A stretch of DNA of 32,000 nt from Halalkalibacterium halodurans (GCF_004376175.1 NZ_SNUY01000021.1:1-32000); one strand, 5' to 3'; positions 10,766-19,877 are shown, numbered from the stretch's first letter. A program made the numbers and translations. Notes: generated from the sequence alone by a model not told the origin.

Positions 10766-12226
10766 ATGATGGCAAGTGAAGTGAGAGTTCGTTTTGCCCC
10801 AAGTCCGACGGGTCATTTACATATAGGTGGTGCTCGCTCGGCTTTATTTAATTATTTATTTGCAAAAAATCAAGGGGGCAAGTTTGTCCTGCGCATTGAA
10901 GATACCGATCAAGCAAGAAACGTTGGGCAAGCGAAGGAAAAGCTACTTGATAGTTTAAAATGGCTTGGTGTCGAGTGGGATGAAAGCATCGACGTTGGCG
11001 GTGAGTACGGCCCATATAGCAGCATGGAACGTTTGGATATTTATAAGAAACATATTGAGCAATTGTTAAATGAAGGAAAAGCGTATTATTGTTACATGAC
11101 CGAAGAAGAGCTAGAGGCTGAGCGTGAAGCGCAAATTGCAAGAGGCGAGATGCCGAAGTACAGCGGTCGGGATCGTGATTTAACGGAGGAGCAGCGCCGC
11201 GCCTATGAAGCGAAAGGGATCAAGCCGGTTGTTCGTTTCCGAGTACCAGAAGGTCAAGTGATTAAAATCCAAGATGCGGTTCGCGGAGAGGTTTCCTTCG
11301 AATCTGACGGAATTGGCGACTTTGTCATCGCACGTAAAGATGGCGTACCGATGTATAACTTCGCGGTTGTGGTCGATGACCATCTAATGAAAATTTCCCA
11401 TGTGATTCGCGGGGAGGAGCACCTTTCCAATACGCCTAGACAGGTTATGCTTTATGAAGCATTCGGTTGGGATGTGCCAACCTTCGCACATGCTTCTCTC
11501 ATATTAAATCCGAACCGGCAAAAAATGAGTAAGCGGGATGAATCCATCATTCAGTTTGTTGAACAATATAAAGAGTTAGGTTATATGCCGGAAGCGATTG
11601 TGAACTTTCTCGCATTGCTCGGTTGGTCTCCGGTCGGTGAGGAAGAGATTTTCTCCCTTGAAGAGCTAGCAGCTCAATTTTCGTTAGAGCGAGTATCGAA
11701 GGCTCCAGCCGTCTTTGACACAGATAAGCTCGCATGGATGAACAATCAGTACATTAAAAATGCTGATCTTGACGATGTAGTGGCGCTCGCCTTACCTCAT
11801 TTACAGAAAGCAGGTAAGCTTCCAGAGAGCCTTTCTGAAGAACAGGCTGAATGGGCAAAAGCGGTTATTTCTCTTTATCAAGAGCAGCTTCATTACGGAG
11901 CAGAAATCGTTGAGCTTACAGAGTTGTTTTTCAAGACTGAAATTCAGTATAATGATGAAGCACAGGAAGTTTTAAATGAAGAGCAAGTGCCAGGTGTCCT
12001 AAGCGGATTCCTTCAAGAGTTGGAAGGTTTAGACACATGGGATGCTGTTAGCATTAAAGGTGCGATCAAAGCGACACAGAAAGCAACAGGTCAAAAAGGG
12101 AAAAAACTATTTATGCCGATTCGCGTGGCAACGACAGGGCAAACACACGGACCGGAACTTCCGAGTGCCATTGAACTAATCGGAAAAGAAATTGTCACAC
12201 ATAGACTTCGATCGTTACTAAACTAA
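10766..12226 (+). CDS. gltX: Glutamyl-tRNA synthetase
   Basis: 486 aa. Class I HIGH motif ([13 protein letters not shown]) and KMSKR. Confidence 0.96.
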   Translation: MMASEVRVRFAPSPTGHLHIGGARSALFNYLFAKNQGGKFVLRIEDTDQARNVGQAKEKLLDSLKWLGVEWDESIDVGGEYGPYSSMERLDIYKKHIEQLLNEGKAYYCYMTEEELEAEREAQIARGEMPKYSGRDRDLTEEQRRAYEAKGIKPVVRFRVPEGQVIKIQDAVRGEVSFESDGIGDFVIARKDGVPMYNFAVVVDDHLMKISHVIRGEEHLSNTPRQVMLYEAFGWDVPTFAHASLILNPNRQKMSKRDESIIQFVEQYKELGYMPEAIVNFLALLGWSPVGEEEIFSLEELAAQFSLERVSKAPAVFDTDKLAWMNNQYIKNADLDDVVALALPHLQKAGKLPESLSEEQAEWAKAVISLYQEQLHYGAEIVELTELFFKTEIQYNDEAQEVLNEEQVPGVLSGFLQELEGLDTWDAVSIKGAIKATQKATGQKGKKLFMPIRVATTGQTHGPELPSAIELIGKEIVTHRLRSLLN

Positions 12227-12235
12227 ATAAAAGCG

Positions 12236-12491
12236 CGTTGAAGAGGAAAAGTAGGATGAACGGTAACGGACAGAGAGAGCTGTCTCGGCTGAAAGCAGCT
12301 TACGTTCACCCCATCTGAACATGCACCTCTGAGCCCTTGATTGAACGGAAGGTATACTTCATTAGTAGGTCAAGGCGGCTTGCACCGTTATTGCAGAATT
12401 GAGAGGGGAAATGGCAAATCGACCATTTCTCAAGCAGAGTGGGACCACGTGAAGAGCGTCTCTGTGCAAGCAGCACAGGGACGCTCTTTTT
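12236..12491 (+). promoter_or_regulatory. T-box riboswitch leader, Cys specifier (UGC)
   Basis: Stem I carries GA/AGTA and AGAGA elements (about 12240-12350). The specifier is GAACA-TGC-A, with TGC at 12322-12324. Stem III is GAAATGG/CCATTTC at 12408-12429. The antiterminator can be drawn canonically: A1 is AGAG 12436-12439 with CTCT 12460-12463, the 7-nt bulge is TGGGACC 12440-12446, and A2 is ACG 12447-12449 with CGT 12457-12459. It competes with the terminator at 12452-12491. Confidence 0.85.
12452..12491 (+). terminator. T-box expression-platform terminator
   Basis: AAGAGCGTCTCTGTGC pairs with GCACAGGGACGCTCTT (one G-U pair), followed by TTT. Confidence 0.85.
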
Positions 12492-12541
12492 CATGTCGTT
12501 CGTTGCAGATAGATGGATGAGTCTGAGGGGAGGAGAGAGTT

Positions 12542-13231
12542 ATGAAAAGAATCTTCAAAACGCTTTTAAATGATATTGATGTCGTGTTTGAGCAAGACCC
12601 TGCGGCCCGGAGCCGGCTTGAGGTGATCTTCACGTATTCTGGAGTTCATGCCATTTGGGCTCATCGGTTGGCCCATTGGCTTTGGAGGAAAAAGCTATAC
12701 TTTGTGGCCCGCTTTCTCTCACAGGTGAGTCGCCTCATAACAGGAATTGAAATTCATCCGGGGGCAAAGATTGGTCAACGGTTATTCATTGACCACGGAA
12801 TGGGTGTTGTTATTGGTGAAACCTGTGAGATTGGCGACAATGTGACGATCTATCAAGGGGTCACCTTAGGAGGGACGGGAAAAGAGAAAGGAAAGCGTCA
12901 TCCAACGGTAGAGGATCATGTATTAATTGCTTCAGGTGCAAAGGTTCTCGGTTCCTTTACGATCGGGAAAAATTCACGAATTGGGGCTGGCTCTGTCGTT
13001 CTCAATGAAGTTCCGCCTAACTCTACCGTCGTCGGAATACCAGGCAAGGTAGTTATTCGAGACGGCATCAAGGTCAATCGAGATTTGGACCATCACCTCC
13101 TTCCCGACCCTGTGTCCGATAAATTTCGTGAGCTAGAGAAGCAATTGGAAGCATTACAAAAGGAAATTGAGGAGTTGCGAAAAAACAACTTGCCGAAAAG
13201 CGCAAGTAATCATAGCGTGAAAGAAGGATAA
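12542..13231 (+). CDS. cysE: Serine O-acetyltransferase
   Basis: 229 aa. Hexapeptide-repeat core [26 protein letters not shown] and the N-terminal SATase helix region. Confidence 0.94.
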   Translation: MKRIFKTLLNDIDVVFEQDPAARSRLEVIFTYSGVHAIWAHRLAHWLWRKKLYFVARFLSQVSRLITGIEIHPGAKIGQRLFIDHGMGVVIGETCEIGDNVTIYQGVTLGGTGKEKGKRHPTVEDHVLIASGAKVLGSFTIGKNSRIGAGSVVLNEVPPNSTVVGIPGKVVIRDGIKVNRDLDHHLLPDPVSDKFRELEKQLEALQKEIEELRKNNLPKSASNHSVKEG

Positions 13232-13268
13232 CCCTTTGAACAGCTGTAATCAAAAAGGAGATGGGACG

Positions 13269-14669
13269 ATGGCGATTCAAGTGTTCAATAGTTTAACGAG
13301 AAAAAAGGAACCGTTCGTTCCTCTAGAAGAGGGAAAAGTGAAGATGTATGTCTGTGGGCCGACGGTTTACAATTACATTCATATTGGGAACGCCCGCCCG
13401 CCGATCGTGTATGATATGATACGCCGATACTTAAAGTATCGCGGGTATGAAGTACTTTTCGTCTCTAACTTTACAGATGTAGACGATAAAATTATTCGCG
13501 TTGCCAATGAGCTAGGGGAAGATGTTTTTGCTGTGGCTAATCGCTTTATTGAGGCGTACAAACAAGACACTTCAGCTTTGGGAGTTCTTGAGGCTGATCA
13601 CCATCCTCGCGTGACGGAAACGATGTCGGAAATTATTTCGTTTATTCGAGTGTTAGAAGAGAAAGGCTACGCCTACGAACAGGGTGGGGATGTCTATTTT
13701 CGCACACGGAAATTTAAGGAATACGGGAAGTTATCGGCACAATCGATTGATGATCTGCTTTCAGGTGCTCGAATCGAAGTCGATGAGCGAAAAGAAGACC
13801 CTTTGGATTTTGTTTTATGGAAAGCAGCAAAAGAAGGGGAGGTTTCCTGGGACAGTCCGTGGGGGAAGGGGCGACCAGGATGGCATATAGAATGCTCAGC
13901 GATGGTGAAAAAATATTTAGGGGATACGATCGACATTCATGCAGGTGGTCAGGATTTAAAATTTCCTCACCATGAAAATGAAATTGCTCAATCAGAATGC
14001 ATGACAGGAAAACCAATGGCAAACTATTGGCTCCATAATGGATTTATTAACCTTGATAACGAAAAAATGTCGAAATCGCTCGGAAATGTCGTATTGGCCA
14101 ACGAAATGATTCGACAACATTCGGCAGAAGTCTTGCGATTTTTCATGTTGTCAGCCCATTACCGAAGCCCAATTAATTTTAGCGATGAATTGCTTGAAGG
14201 GGCTAAAAGAGGGTTGGAACGGTTGCAAACAGCAGTTAGTAGCCTGGTGCATCGCCTTCAAGAATCTGCCGACTTTGGTGGGACAGAGCCATGGTTAGAG
14301 CGGATTGATGAGTTTCGTGGTCGATTTATAGAAGAGATGGATGATGACTTCAATAGTGCAAATGGGATAGCCGTTCTTTTTGATTTAGCGAAGGAAGCGA
14401 ATCGTTATTTGCGAGAAGAGCAAACCTCCAAGGCAGTTTTGCAGTCGTTCATTGACTTGTTTAATGAATTAGGGGGCGTGTTAGGGGTAACCCTTAATAG
14501 GCAAGAGGAACTATTGGACGAAGAGATTGAGCGGTTAATTGAGGAACGAAACGAGGCGCGTAAGGCGAAAAACTTCCAGCGTGCTGATGACATTCGTGAC
14601 CAGCTAAAGGCAGAAGGCATTATTCTTGAGGACACTCCTCAAGGCGTCCGCTGGAAAAGAGGGTCTTAA
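13269..14669 (+). CDS. cysS: Cysteinyl-tRNA synthetase
   Basis: HIGN (YIHIGNARP) and KMSKS motifs. ATG at 13269 lies 8 nt after AAGGAG (13255-13260). The track's TTG at 13236 is an over-extension. Confidence 0.95.
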   Translation: MAIQVFNSLTRKKEPFVPLEEGKVKMYVCGPTVYNYIHIGNARPPIVYDMIRRYLKYRGYEVLFVSNFTDVDDKIIRVANELGEDVFAVANRFIEAYKQDTSALGVLEADHHPRVTETMSEIISFIRVLEEKGYAYEQGGDVYFRTRKFKEYGKLSAQSIDDLLSGARIEVDERKEDPLDFVLWKAAKEGEVSWDSPWGKGRPGWHIECSAMVKKYLGDTIDIHAGGQDLKFPHHENEIAQSECMTGKPMANYWLHNGFINLDNEKMSKSLGNVVLANEMIRQHSAEVLRFFMLSAHYRSPINFSDELLEGAKRGLERLQTAVSSLVHRLQESADFGGTEPWLERIDEFRGRFIEEMDDDFNSANGIAVLFDLAKEANRYLREEQTSKAVLQSFIDLFNELGGVLGVTLNRQEELLDEEIERLIEERNEARKAKNFQRADDIRDQLKAEGIILEDTPQGVRWKRGS

Positions 14670-15088
14670 TGAAAGTAACCGAAGCAAGCATTGATTTTAG
14701 TCAGCTTAATGCCCTCGCCCTCGCCTATATGGGTGATTCTGTTCTTGACATGTATGTACGTTTTCATTTGTTAGCAAAAGGGACGGTTCGGCCTCACCGA
14801 CTGCACGGTGAGGCAACCCGTTATGTCTCGGCTAAAGCACAAGCGGCGATCATGCACGAATGGCTGGAGACGAACAAGTTAACAGAGCAAGAAGAAAGCA
14901 TTGCCAAACGAGGGCGCAATGCGAAGTCAGGAACGATCCCTAAAAATACCGATGTGAATACGTACCGCTATGCTACGGGCTTAGAGGCGTTGCTCGGCTA
15001 TCTATATTTAACGAACCAACCTGATCGATTAGATGAATTAATGAGTGACTATTTAACGAAAATAGATATGCGAAAGGAGGGAGAATAA
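14669..15088 (+). CDS. mrnC: Mini-ribonuclease III
   Basis: 139 aa. RNase III-like [10 protein letters not shown] and RGRNAKSGT...[16 protein letters not shown], collinear with B. subtilis YazC/MrnC. The ATG overlaps the cysS TAA by 1 nt (TAATG). Confidence 0.9.
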   Translation: MKVTEASIDFSQLNALALAYMGDSVLDMYVRFHLLAKGTVRPHRLHGEATRYVSAKAQAAIMHEWLETNKLTEQEESIAKRGRNAKSGTIPKNTDVNTYRYATGLEALLGYLYLTNQPDRLDELMSDYLTKIDMRKEGE

Positions 15089-15090
15089 TC

Positions 15091-15840
15091 GTGGATCGTG
15101 AATTCATTACCGGGAAAAACCCGATCATTGAAGCGCTTCGTTCAGGCCGGCCGATGAATAAAATTTGGATTGGTGAAGGATCACAAAAAGGACAAATGCA
15201 AAAGGTTCTTGAGCTGGCCAAAGAACAGGGTGTGCTTGTCCAGCATGTTCCAAAGCGTAAGCTCGACCAGTTAATCGGGCATGAAAACCATCAAGGAGTC
15301 GTCGCTTCTGTCGCTGCGTATGAATATGCAGAAATGGATGACCTATTTCAACGAGCAGCAGAAAAAGGAGAAGAGCCATTTTTTATTGTCCTGGATGAAG
15401 TGGAGGACCCTCATAACCTTGGGTCGATCCTTCGAACAGCCGATGCTGCAGGTGTCCATGGTGTCATCATTCCGAAAAGACGAGCCGTTGGCTTAACACA
15501 GACGGTTGCGAAAGCGTCTACGGGAGCTATTGAGTATGTGCCTGTTGTGCGGGTGACGAACTTGGCACGGACGATGGAAGATTTAAAAAAGCGCGGCCTT
15601 TGGTTTATCGGAACCGATGCAAAAGGAAGTGAAGATTATAGAGGCGCAGCCTATGACATGCCAATCGCACTTGTCATTGGCAGTGAAGGTAAAGGGTTAA
15701 GTCGTCTCGTTCGCGAAAAGTGTGATTTTCTTGTGCGAATTCCGATGGTTGGTCAGGTAACGTCGCTGAATGCGTCTGTTGCTACTAGCCTTCTTATGTA
15801 TGAGGCTTATCGTAAGCGACATCCGTTAGGTAGGGAGTAG
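15091..15840 (+). CDS. rlmB: SpoU/TrmH-family 23S rRNA 2'-O-methyltransferase (RlmB/YacO)
   Basis: 249 aa. SpoU motifs NLGSILRTADAAG, IGSEGKGLS and SLNASVA. GTG start after GGAGGGAG. Confidence 0.9.
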   Translation: MDREFITGKNPIIEALRSGRPMNKIWIGEGSQKGQMQKVLELAKEQGVLVQHVPKRKLDQLIGHENHQGVVASVAAYEYAEMDDLFQRAAEKGEEPFFIVLDEVEDPHNLGSILRTADAAGVHGVIIPKRRAVGLTQTVAKASTGAIEYVPVVRVTNLARTMEDLKKRGLWFIGTDAKGSEDYRGAAYDMPIALVIGSEGKGLSRLVREKCDFLVRIPMVGQVTSLNASVATSLLMYEAYRKRHPLGRE

Positions 15841-15841
15841 C

Positions 15842-16354
15842 ATGAGGGAGATTTTAATCGTTGACGGCTACAACATGATTGGTGCATGGCCTGAATTAAA
15901 GGAATTAAAGGATCGCGATTTGGCTCTCGCACGGGACAAGCTCATCGATCGGTTAGCCGAGTATCAAGCTTATACAGGTTGTAAGGTTATCCTTGTTTTT
16001 GATGCCCATATGGTTCCTGGCGTTGGGCGAACGTATAACAATCACCGTATCGAAGTAATTTATACGAGAAAAAACGAGACGGCAGATGAGCGAATTGAAA
16101 GGCTCGTTCGGGAATTGAAACGGATTGATACCCAAATCTATGTAGCCACTTCTGACCTCGCAGAACAATCCCATATTTTTGGGAGTGGAGCCCTGCGAAA
16201 GTCAGCAAGAGAGCTTCATAATGAAATGGAAGTAACAGGAAAGGGGATTGAGAAAACTGTCGAAAAAAGCAATAAAGAACATAATTCGACAAAAATTGCC
16301 CTTACCGAAGAATTGGCCGAAATTTTTGAAAAATGGCGTCGAGGCGACAGATGA
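15842..16354 (+). CDS. rae1: YacP/Rae1 NYN-domain ribosome-associated endoribonuclease
   Basis: 170 aa. LIVDGYNMIGAW and the TSD...E signature of the YacP/NYN family, at the syntenic position before sigH. Confidence 0.88.
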   Translation: MREILIVDGYNMIGAWPELKELKDRDLALARDKLIDRLAEYQAYTGCKVILVFDAHMVPGVGRTYNNHRIEVIYTRKNETADERIERLVRELKRIDTQIYVATSDLAEQSHIFGSGALRKSARELHNEMEVTGKGIEKTVEKSNKEHNSTKIALTEELAEIFEKWRRGDR

Positions 16355-16358
16355 GCGG

Positions 16359-16388
16359 TTGACGGACTGGAAAATCGTGCTATATAAT
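16359..16388 (+). promoter_or_regulatory. SigA-type promoter of sigH
   Basis: TTGACG at 16359-16364. The -10 is either TATATA at 16381-16386 (16-nt spacer, TGc just upstream) or TATAAT at 16383-16388 (18-nt spacer). Confidence 0.55.
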
Positions 16389-16429
16389 GTTCGTATAATT
16401 TAGACAACAGCTTGTCCGGAGGGATTTCC

Positions 16430-17083
16430 ATGAGCGTGGACCTAAATGCAACTGCTTCCAACCTTGATTTTAATCAGATTGAAGATGAAGGCTTAGTAAA
16501 CCGAGTTCGTAATGGAGATGGTGCTGCACTGGAGTATTTGATTCATAAGTATAAGAACTTTGTCCGTGCAAAAGCTCGCTCTTACTTTTTGATTGGTGCT
16601 GATCATGAAGATATTGTTCAGGAAGGCATGATTGGCTTATACAAAGCAATTCGTGACTTTAAAGGGGACAAGCTATCTTCGTTTAAGGCATTTGCTGAGC
16701 TGTGCATTACCCGCCAGATTATCACGGCTATCAAAACGGCAACTCGTCAAAAGCACATACCTCTTAACTCCTATGTTTCTCTCGATAAGCCTCTCTACGA
16801 TGAAGAATCTGATCGTACGTTGCTTGATGTCGTTTGTGGCTCGCGCGTAACGGACCCAGAAGAGCTTCTAATCAATCAGGAAGAGTTTGATGACATAGAA
16901 GTGAAAATGGGCGAGTTATTGAGTGATTTAGAGCGTAAGGTGCTAATGCTTTATCTTGATGGTAGGTCGTATCAAGAAATCTCTGCGGAACTGAATCGTC
17001 ATGTAAAGTCGATTGATAATGCGCTCCAACGTGTGAAGCGCAAGTTAGAGCGGTATATGGAATTGAAGGGTGTTAGCTTGTAA
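16430..17083 (+). CDS. sigH: RNA polymerase sigma-H
   Basis: The run YFLIGADHEDIVQEGMIGLYKAIRDF...ELCITRQIITAIKTATRQKH is almost identical to B. subtilis SigH. ATG at 16430 lies 6 nt after GGAGGG (16418-16423). Confidence 0.95.
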   Translation: MSVDLNATASNLDFNQIEDEGLVNRVRNGDGAALEYLIHKYKNFVRAKARSYFLIGADHEDIVQEGMIGLYKAIRDFKGDKLSSFKAFAELCITRQIITAIKTATRQKHIPLNSYVSLDKPLYDEESDRTLLDVVCGSRVTDPEELLINQEEFDDIEVKMGELLSDLERKVLMLYLDGRSYQEISAELNRHVKSIDNALQRVKRKLERYMELKGVSL

Positions 17084-17167
17084 TCTAGTAAATACAGTTC
17101 GTCAAGTCGAACTGCCTAATGGCTGAGCACATAGAGTCCCGCCTTTTCAAACCAATAAGAGAACCGA

Positions 17168-17196
17168 TTGACACTCAAACGCTTGTATGCTACATT
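17168..17196 (+). promoter_or_regulatory. SigA-type promoter of rpmG(-secE-nusG)
   Basis: TTGACA at 17168-17173, a 17-nt spacer, then TACATT at 17191-17196. Confidence 0.6.
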
Positions 17197-17235
17197 GAGG
17201 TAGTCTGTACACTGAACCAAGTGGGAGGGTTTTCA

Positions 17236-17385
17236 TTGGGAGTGAAGCGAATTCTTGCGTGCGTCGAATGTAGGTCACGCAACTACTCAACGAAAACCAA
17301 TCAGCAGTCTCATACCGACCGCTTGGAAATGAAAAAGTTTTGTAGGACGTGTAACCGACACACGCTTCACCGAGAAACGAAATAA
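17236..17385 (+). CDS. rpmG: 50S ribosomal protein L33
   Basis: 49 aa from the TTG at 17236 (6 nt after GGGAGGG at 17223-17229), with CVEC...CRTC zinc-ribbon cysteines. The track's 88-aa ORF is an upstream over-extension. Confidence 0.9.
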
Positions 17386-17624
17386 TGTTTTACCGTTATT
17401 AATTTTCGATTGCTTTATTTATGAATCGATGAAACTGCAAGAAAAGAAGCTTTAACTATTTTAGACTTGGTGACGAACCAAGTCCAAAATGGTTTTCGGG
17501 GTTGCTGTGTATATAAAGTGTACCCCTGCATTTTTGGCTTATGCAATTCTCGGTTGCTTTAAGCGAGTTTTTGAATAGAAGAGGTGCCCTTTGTCTATAT
17601 TGATTGGTGCTGGAGGTGTCTGTC

Positions 17625-17819
17625 GTGGCTGGCGGCGTAAAAGGTATTGGTAAGTTTTTTGGTGATGTAGTAGCGGAGATGAAGCGAGTCTCTTGGCCGA
17701 CTCGTAAGGAGCTTACTCGCTATACACTTGTTGTATTAGGGACTGTAGCGTTCATTACGGTATTCTTTGCCGTTGTTGATTATGGAATTTCCGCCCTCGT
17801 ACGTGGATTGATTGAATAA
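17625..17819 (+). CDS. secE: Preprotein translocase subunit SecE
   Basis: 64 aa from the GTG at 17625 (7 nt after GGAGG at 17613-17617). KFFGDVVAEMKRVSWPTRKELTRYT followed by a single TM helix, as in B. subtilis SecE. Confidence 0.88.
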   Translation: MAGGVKGIGKFFGDVVAEMKRVSWPTRKELTRYTLVVLGTVAFITVFFAVVDYGISALVRGLIE

Positions 17820-17944
17820 TGGCCGATGACTAGCGGAACTGCGTAAGTTCGTAAGTGCGAGGTTCCTGAACTTTTGCCCATTCACACCTAGTTGGTTGTG
17901 AATGAACCGAAGAGGAGGGAAGGACATAAACCGTCCTACTGTTT

Positions 17945-18481
17945 ATGGAGAAAAATTGGTATGTGGTCCACACGTATTCGGGCTATGAAAACAAAGTGAA
18001 GACGAATTTGGAAAAGCGTGTAGAGTCAATGGACATGACCGACAAAATCTTTCGCGTGATGGTTCCGGTTGAAGAGGAAACGGAAGTGAAGAACGGAAAG
18101 AGTAAACAAGTTTCCCGTAAAGTCTTTCCGGGATATGTGCTTGTAGAAATGGTCATGACCGATGATTCTTGGTACGTGGTCCGAAATACACCTGGGGTGA
18201 CTGGTTTTGTCGGTTCCGCAGGTGCGGGATCAAAGCCAACCCCGCTTCTTCCAGAAGAAGTAGACGCGATTTTGCGCCAGATGGGCATGCAAGAGGAGCG
18301 ACAAGTAGAGATTGATTTCCAATTAAAGGAATCTGTAAAAGTGAAAGAAGGTCCTTTTGCCAACTTCATTGGAACGATTGAAGAAATTCAACTGGACAAG
18401 CGTAAGCTAAAAGTGCATGTGAACATGTTTGGAAGAGAAACCCCAGTTGAGCTTGAATTCACCCAGATTGAAAAGATTTAA
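17945..18481 (+). CDS. nusG: Transcription elongation/pausing factor NusG
   Basis: 178 aa. MEKNWYVVHTYSGYENKV NGN domain and KOW motif VKEGPFANFIGTIEE. An in-frame TAA at 17927-17929 rules out a longer N-terminus. Confidence 0.96.
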   Translation: MEKNWYVVHTYSGYENKVKTNLEKRVESMDMTDKIFRVMVPVEEETEVKNGKSKQVSRKVFPGYVLVEMVMTDDSWYVVRNTPGVTGFVGSAGAGSKPTPLLPEEVDAILRQMGMQEERQVEIDFQLKESVKVKEGPFANFIGTIEEIQLDKRKLKVHVNMFGRETPVELEFTQIEKI

Positions 18482-18488
18482 GAAAGTC

Positions 18489-18517
18489 TTGATATCTTGA
18501 TCTGGAAGTGATAAAAT
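18489..18517 (+). promoter_or_regulatory. SigA-type promoter of rplK-rplA
   Basis: TTGATA at 18489-18494, a 17-nt spacer, then TAAAAT at 18512-18517. Confidence 0.6.
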
Positions 18518-18553
18518 TTTTGTGTTTGATCCTGGTTTGTTTTCATGAACCAT

Positions 18554-18579
18554 CGGGTGCGTACAAGCATCCGTTTTTT
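18554..18579 (+). terminator. Terminator-like hairpin in the nusG-rplK spacer / rplK leader
   Basis: CGGGTGC (18554-18560) pairs with GCATCCG (18567-18573), 7 bp with one G-U pair and a 6-nt loop, followed by TTTTTT at 18574-18579. Confidence 0.55.
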
Positions 18580-18580
18580 G

Positions 18581-18629
18581 AGTGGGAGGGCAAAATGCCC
18601 GGTTAACCACATCACGGACTAAGGAGGTG
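18581..18629 (+). promoter_or_regulatory. L1-binding 23S rRNA mimic (L1 leader), copy 1, abutting the rplK SD
   Basis: AGTGGGAGG-(GGGCA aaa TGCCC hairpin)-GGTTAACCACATCACGGACTAAGGAGGTG. GTGGGAGG and ACCAC match the 23S L1-stalk H76-78 junction sequence (E. coli GUGGGAGGC...AAAUACCACCC, from memory). Confidence 0.6.
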
Positions 18630-18635
18630 TGTCAC

Positions 18636-19061
18636 GTGGCTAAAAAGGTTATTAAAATGGTAAAGCTACAAATTCCAGCAGGTAAAGCGAACCCAGCTCC
18701 ACCGGTTGGTCCTGCACTAGGTCAAGCAGGTGTGAACATTATGGGTTTTTGTAAGGAATTTAACGCTCGTACTTCAGACCAAGCAGGTCTTATCATTCCG
18801 GTTGAAATCACGGTGTTTGAAGACCGTTCGTTTACATTTGTCACAAAAACTCCGCCTGCTGCTGTTCTTTTGAAAAAAGCAGCTGGAATCGAGTCAGGCT
18901 CTGGTGAGCCAAACCGTAACAAAGTTGCAACGGTTAAACGAGACAAGGTGCGCGAAATTGCTGAGACGAAAATGCCTGATTTGAACGCTGCCGATGTTGA
19001 AGCAGCTATGCGTATGGTTGAAGGTACGGCTCGAAGCATGGGTATTGTGATTGAGGACTAA
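18636..19061 (+). CDS. rplK: 50S ribosomal protein L11
   Basis: 141 aa from the GTG at 18636 (6 nt after AAGGAGGTG at 18621-18629). [29 protein letters not shown]. The track start at 18582 is an over-extension. Confidence 0.96.
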   Translation: MAKKVIKMVKLQIPAGKANPAPPVGPALGQAGVNIMGFCKEFNARTSDQAGLIIPVEITVFEDRSFTFVTKTPPAAVLLKKAAGIESGSGEPNRNKVATVKRDKVREIAETKMPDLNAADVEAAMRMVEGTARSMGIVIED

Positions 19062-19133
19062 TGGCTAAGGTTTGAGTGAAGGTTGCGATCGAGGAGAAAC
19101 TCCTTTTGCCTGTTGGGGCTCGCAACCTTTCAT

Positions 19134-19175
19134 AGTGGGAGGTATAACCGCTAAAACCACATACGAGGAGGAAAA
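19134..19175 (+). promoter_or_regulatory. L1-binding 23S rRNA mimic, copy 2, abutting the rplA SD
   Basis: AGTGGGAGGTATAACCGCTAAAACCACATACGAGGAGG has the same GTGGGAGG...AACCACAT(C)ACG...GGAGG architecture as 18581-18629. It is preceded by a 10-bp helix, AAGGTTGCGA 19079-19088 with TCGCAACCTT 19120-19129. Confidence 0.55.
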
Positions 19176-19181
19176 ATAGCA

Positions 19182-19877
19182 ATGGCTAAACGTGGAAAAA
19201 AATATTTAGAAGCGGTCAAGTTAATCGACCGTGATCAAGCGTATCAAGTAGAAGAAGCATTAGAGTTAGTGAAAAAGGCTTCTGTTGCAAAATTTGATGA
19301 AACGGTGGAAGTTGCTGTACGTTTAGGAGTAGATCCTAAGAAAGCGGATCAACAAATTCGCGGTGCTGTTGTTCTTCCAAACGGTACGGGTAAAACACAA
19401 CGCGTGCTCGTATTCGCAAAGGGAGAAAAAGCAAAGGAAGCAGAAGCGGCTGGAGCAGACTATGTTGGTGATGAAGATTACATTAACAAAATCAGCCAAG
19501 GTTGGTTCGATTTTGATGTGATCGTTGCGACACCTGACATGATGGCTCAAGTTGGTAAGCTTGGTCGTGTTCTTGGACCAAAAGGCTTAATGCCAAACCC
19601 GAAAACAGGTACAGTTACATTCGAAGTTGAAAAAGCGGTAAATGATATCAAAGCAGGTAAAGTGGAATACCGTGTAGACAAAGCTGGTAACATCCACGTT
19701 CCGATTGGTAAAGTATCGTTTGACACAGCGAAACTTGCTGAGAACTTCGAAACAATCATCGATACGCTTGTGAAAGCAAAGCCAGCTGCGGCGAAAGGAA
19801 CTTACTTGAAGAACATCGCTGTTTCTTCAACAATGGGTCCTGGTGTGAAAGTTAGCACAGCTAGCTTTGGGAAATAA
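19182..19877 (+). CDS. rplA: 50S ribosomal protein L1
   Basis: 231 aa with typical L1 sequence ([23 protein letters not shown]). Confidence 0.97.
   Translation: MAKRGKKYLEAVKLIDRDQAYQVEEALELVKKASVAKFDETVEVAVRLGVDPKKADQQIRGAVVLPNGTGKTQRVLVFAKGEKAKEAEAAGADYVGDEDYINKISQGWFDFDVIVATPDMMAQVGKLGRVLGPKGLMPNPKTGTVTFEVEKAVNDIKAGKVEYRVDKAGNIHVPIGKVSFDTAKLAENFETIIDTLVKAKPAAAKGTYLKNIAVSSTMGPGVKVSTASFGK

Noticed and set aside
12306-12633. Minus-strand ORFs 12306-12494 and 12430-12633.
   Set aside because: They lie antisense to the T-box leader and the cysE 5' end. The region is fully explained by the riboswitch.
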